From contig JANOQI010000062.1 in NCBI GenBank assembly GCA_031414775.1, positions 224,001 through 288,000 on the forward strand: DNA of 64,000 nucleotides. Direction: 5' to 3'. Made by a program: the position numbers and the translations under genes. The DNA comes from Synechococcales cyanobacterium VAR_4_metabat_354. Lineage in GTDB: Bacteria > Cyanobacteriota > Cyanobacteriia > Cyanobacteriales > Chamaesiphonaceae. Below, piece by piece: positions 63,979-64,000 of the stretch. The stretch's first letter is position 1. Every line of letters begins with the position of its first letter. The notes beneath the pieces are model-generated. The model saw only the letters and a list, made by a program, of their open reading frames with translations, had not been told where the DNA came from and searched no databases.

Positions 63979-64000
63979 AACTTCTCTCCGGAATTTTAAA

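Overview
A cyanobacterial chromosomal segment (psbB-psbT, apcE, glnN, ffs, abundant CGATCG/HIP1-like sites) in which housekeeping genes (mutS, era, queF, hisIE, ribD, acpP-fabF, argH, accD, dps, acs) alternate with accessory blocks. The standout is a ~14 kb RiPP locus (44.7-58.6 kb). It has a C39/HlyB-HlyD-PPIase export module and five double-glycine precursor genes, each in its own promoter-gene-terminator cassette. It also has an intact-looking class V-type kinase plus HopA1-family lyase pair, and a LanM whose dehydratase catalytic motifs appear destroyed while its zinc cyclase motifs are intact, which suggests a class II/V hybrid lanthipeptide system. Other accessory items: a T4-like RNA ligase + polynucleotide kinase/phosphatase RNA-repair pair; a vanadium haloperoxidase next to a four-gene protease/inhibitor cluster (HAD-M28 fusion, protealysin-like M4, second gluzincin, emfourin); a 17-bp promoter motif shared by the haloperoxidase, protease and RiPP-export loci; a DXCF cyanobacteriochrome phosphorelay; two MITEs; a VapBC pair; and a STAS-like + PIN module at the right edge. 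All family assignments come from reading motifs by eye; no searches were run.
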